Made by a program: the position numbers and the translations under genes. Source: Enoplolaimus lenunculus (Eukaryota). From it: a stretch of DNA of 55,166 bases. The DNA lies in NCBI GenBank assembly GCA_030248215.1, contig JASANG010001329.1:558001-613166 (forward strand). Reading direction: 5' to 3'. The number at the start of each line of letters is the position of its first letter. Within the stretch, counting starts at the first letter, position 1. Positions 51,711-55,166 of the stretch are shown here, in pieces. The notes beneath the pieces are model-generated. The model was given only the letters and a program-made list of their open reading frames with translations, did not search any database and was not told where the DNA came from.

Positions 51711-53491
51711 AGGCAGTAATTTTTCCTAAACCCTAATGGGTCATCCACGTTATACTGTCTACGCTACTGCAAAAAAGTGTTCTCGCAAACCAGTCCCTAA
51801 GTTTGTAGTTGTAGTGTTCCAAACTGTCCAAATGTCACCCATATCTTGTATAGACCCTCCGGACAAATCGCACACCCTCTAAGCAGCCTATACTTTGTCA
51901 CATTGTCATCCATATCCATGCTACACTGTCAATGTAATATTAACAGGACAACTGTTTTGTCCAGAGTCTGTCAGAAGGGACACTGTTTAGGCATATCAAG
52001 AGTCTGCCTCAAGGGACTCTGCTTAGGCTTATTAAGAGGCTGTCTGAAAGGGTCTGTGTAGAGTGTATAGAGTCTGCATTAGTGTGCAAGATTAAAGGAG
52101 ATGCACTCGCCCGTTCTCCCCAGGAGGTCAACAGTTTAGAGTTCCAGCGCTATAAACTTCAACCCCAGGCACCGCTCCCCCACCTTTCACGAAAAAATTT
52201 GCTCTCAACAGCGACACCGGGGTTAAACTTTCTTGTATACCAGGGCTATTATATTCTAACCTGCTTTGCGTGTATGGAGCCGGGCGTTCTCTTACAAATT
52301 ATTCTTTACCGGCAAAAAACTTCCTGTCCTCTCTTTTAAAAACTTCTGGTTTCAGTGAATGTTTAAGAAACCAAAATATTTTGAACACTCTAAAATTTAT
52401 AAAAACGCATATCATTTATTTTATTAGTTTAAACTCAAAACTACAGAAAATCAACAATGTAATACAACAAACTAATATGTTGCAAGGAGTACAACGTTGT
52501 TATTTTGTTTTGCTGCATATCTGTAACGGAACAGGAAGCAACAGAGTTTGATTGAAGGGCAAAATAACAAAGACGCCCAAAGGATCAAAAAAGTTAATTT
52601 CGAATTTTAAGGTACTCAAGAGATTTCGTTAGATCTACACCTGTCATCAGCCAGAAGGTACCCTGCCGACCAGAGATCAATTTAACTCTGCCAAAAAAGC
52701 AAAAGTTAAAAACGAAAAGTTGTAAAAAACAATGTTGATAAAACAATGAAGTGCAAGTAATGAGCACTTGCTCTTAAATATTTAAAAATGCAAAGTTTGA
52801 AAGCGTAAATTTAGGAGCAGGTGATGAATATTTGAACTTGAAAACCTTAAACGTAATTTTTAGTAAAACAGATAACAATTATTCCTTTCCTTTTTTAAGG
52901 TTACAAAAACATTTTAATAGCAAAATATTTTTGTTTGTATGGATTTATGAACATTGACGACCTGCTTTAAGGTATGGAAGCAAAGACAGGATGTGAGTTT
53001 GTCAGAGTAGCAAAAATGCTAGTGAAAAGGTGAGGCGGCAAATTTTGTAAATTTTGTTACAAAAAGGTCAAAACTTAAATAGTTTGTTGCGAATGGAAGT
53101 AAAGAGAAATATATGCTGAACAAAGCACGAAAAGTATAAATTTTGCTAAAATCATTGTAAACAAGCTCATTAAGAACCGCATACCGCAAAAATAAAGTTT
53201 TAATTTTATAAACTTGCTAAAATTTTCGTAAGAATTGCCAAGATTTAGTCTGTCGGTTGGCGGAAAATCGAAAAAAAATTATTCAAGCGTAAAGTTTTGC
53301 TTTTACGACACAAAATTGCTTTAAAATTTTAAATATAGCACAAATTCCACAGAGTTTCACGGAAACTCTATCCGGACACGACTATTTTGCAGCGACACTG
53401 TCTAGGACATTGAAATGTTTGAAAGGCAGTGCACTGGACGATATTTTTATAGGATAGACATATTAAGGCCACCTTAGCGAGTAAATTAAAA

Positions 53492-53746
53492 TTTTGGCGG
53501 GAAAGATCATAGTTTGGCGGGAAATTCAAATTTTAGCGAGAAATTCAAATTTGGCGGGAAAATTCAAATTTTGGCGGCAAATTCAAATTTATGCGGGTAA
53601 ATTCAAATTTTGGCGGAAAAACTCAAATTTTGGCGGGAAATTCAAATTTTGGCGGCAAAAACGAAATTATGGCGGGAAATTCAAAATTTGGCGGGAATTA
53701 AAATTCTGTCGTGAAATTCAAATTTTTGCGGGAAATTTTGGCGAAA
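53492..53746. repeat. Minisatellite, about 13 units of 19-20 bp, consensus GGCGGGAAATTCAAATTTT
   Basis: Tandem units read directly. Confidence 0.93.
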
Positions 53747-55166
53747 ATGCAAAAAACAACAAAATAACGCTGTAAATTAATTATCTTATTTAGCGGTTTC
53801 CGGCGAGAGCTTTTAGACTCTAACGATAAAGTACGACAGTTCACGCAACTCTATATTTAATATTAACATATTGCGCAAACAGTATACAAAATGTCTGTCA
53901 GTGCAACAAAACTCTATGCAGGCATTTTTAATTTAGACATAAAATTTCCGCACACAGTTAATACGCAATAACAGTATAGCTAGTCTTTAAAACAGCAAAG
54001 GGGGACGGCGGATGTGCGGAGTGTACGTATTGTAACGTGTGAGCGACATTAATCTTTGCCTTGTATCGTAGATATCACCAGTAAGTGACAAACGATTTCA
54101 TTTTGAGTGGTGTTGAAAAAGGACAAAAACTTTTGCGTTATCGTAGAGTAAGTGGATACTTCATTTTACTTTATCATTTTGTCTGTCACATTTTTTGCAA
54201 AAGAATGTGATTTTGGCGAAATAACACTCCTTATCATTCGGCTGTCTTTAGGTACCGTTGTACAAGAAATATTATTTTGAACCCGGCGCTGCTGATATTA
54301 TTGTCTGTGCGACCCGTCCTTATGGTCTTTAGATTCTGTAAAAGTAGTTTAGTCGCAACATGCTAGTTGTTCTTACGCTGCAAAAAATGGTGAGTCAAAT
54401 TGACTCTCTCCGAAATAGGCTTTTCCTGACTACACAAACTGAGTCAAAATTCGACTCCCCTATAGTTAATTTGAGTCTAATAGACACTGGCGGAGTCGAA
54501 TTTTGACTCAGCAGGATTGTGATTTTTTTCCGTTTAAAAGCAAACTTAGAATACTTTAGCAGTAGTGATCTCAATTTTTTCGTGGGATTCATGAGTTTGG
54601 TCTGCACGCTCCCTTAGTTGGCTCCGTGAGACAGTTTGTGTATCTGGAATGGTCGATTTGTTGGCCACATGAACACGATTTGCAAAAACCGTGAGCGAAG
54701 CTAGCGGAAGCTAGGCACTATTGTCTTTTACTCTAGTACAGAACTTTTGTTCGAAGCCTGTGGAAAAATTTTTGTATAAAATATGAAATATTTCTAGGCG
54801 CTTGGAGTTGAAACAGAATGACTGAAGGCTCAAAGCCAGAACTTAAACAGATCTTTGAAGAAGTAGCAAGCGAAGCGGGAGAGAAGCTATACATTGTTAA
54901 TCCTTCTAATCATTTCTATATGTATGTAATACGGCATCCCTGGTCTATGGTTATGTACTGAAGCTTTACACAATTTTTATTACTATGTTTAATTTTGAGC
55001 TTCGTAGGTTGAGAAATTTAACTTTAATGTCTACTTTTGAACAGCCCCGCAGGCAAAATGTTTTGAAAATTGATCAGTGAAAAACATCGCGAGCGAAGCG
55101 AGCGAGAAATTTTAAGTAATTTTTGAATCTAATGTAAATTATGACGTAAGTACTAAAGTATCGGAA

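Noticed and set aside
53492..53746. CRISPR array, or the 93-aa ORF 53494..53775
   Set aside because: Contiguous tandem units without unique spacers, no cas genes, eukaryotic context; the ORF is just repeat translation.

Overview
AT-rich animal genomic DNA with spliceosomal GT-AG introns and dense transposon content. A marine invertebrate such as a tunicate is my guess, but the sequence alone does not prove it. There is one convincing protein-coding gene: a storkhead-box (STOX1/STOX2-like) winged-helix gene on the minus strand. Its four phase-compatible exons (24454-24302, 23324-23032, 21103-20775, 19782-16454) give about 1367 aa, and its 5' end is uncertain. The rest is intergenic or intronic and full of non-autonomous elements: several hAT-like MITE families with 8-bp target duplications, some nested; a 2-bp-TSD MITE; Tourist-like MITEs; CR1/L2 and RTE LINE remnants; and a decayed Gypsy-like element (LTR end, tRNA-Gln-type PBS, gag pseudogene). 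The most novel signal is a miniature LTR retroelement (TRIM-like). It occurs as a tandem LTR-107 bp-LTR-107 bp-LTR array at 45.1-45.9 kb and as a solo LTR with a 5-bp TSD at 9.3-10.0 kb. Its LTRs carry an internal tRNA-like Pol III unit, reminiscent of plant Cassandra elements that carry 5S sequence. An unrelated TTAA-flanked, piggyBac-like MITE family also carries an internal tRNA-like module. All calls were made by eye, without database searches.
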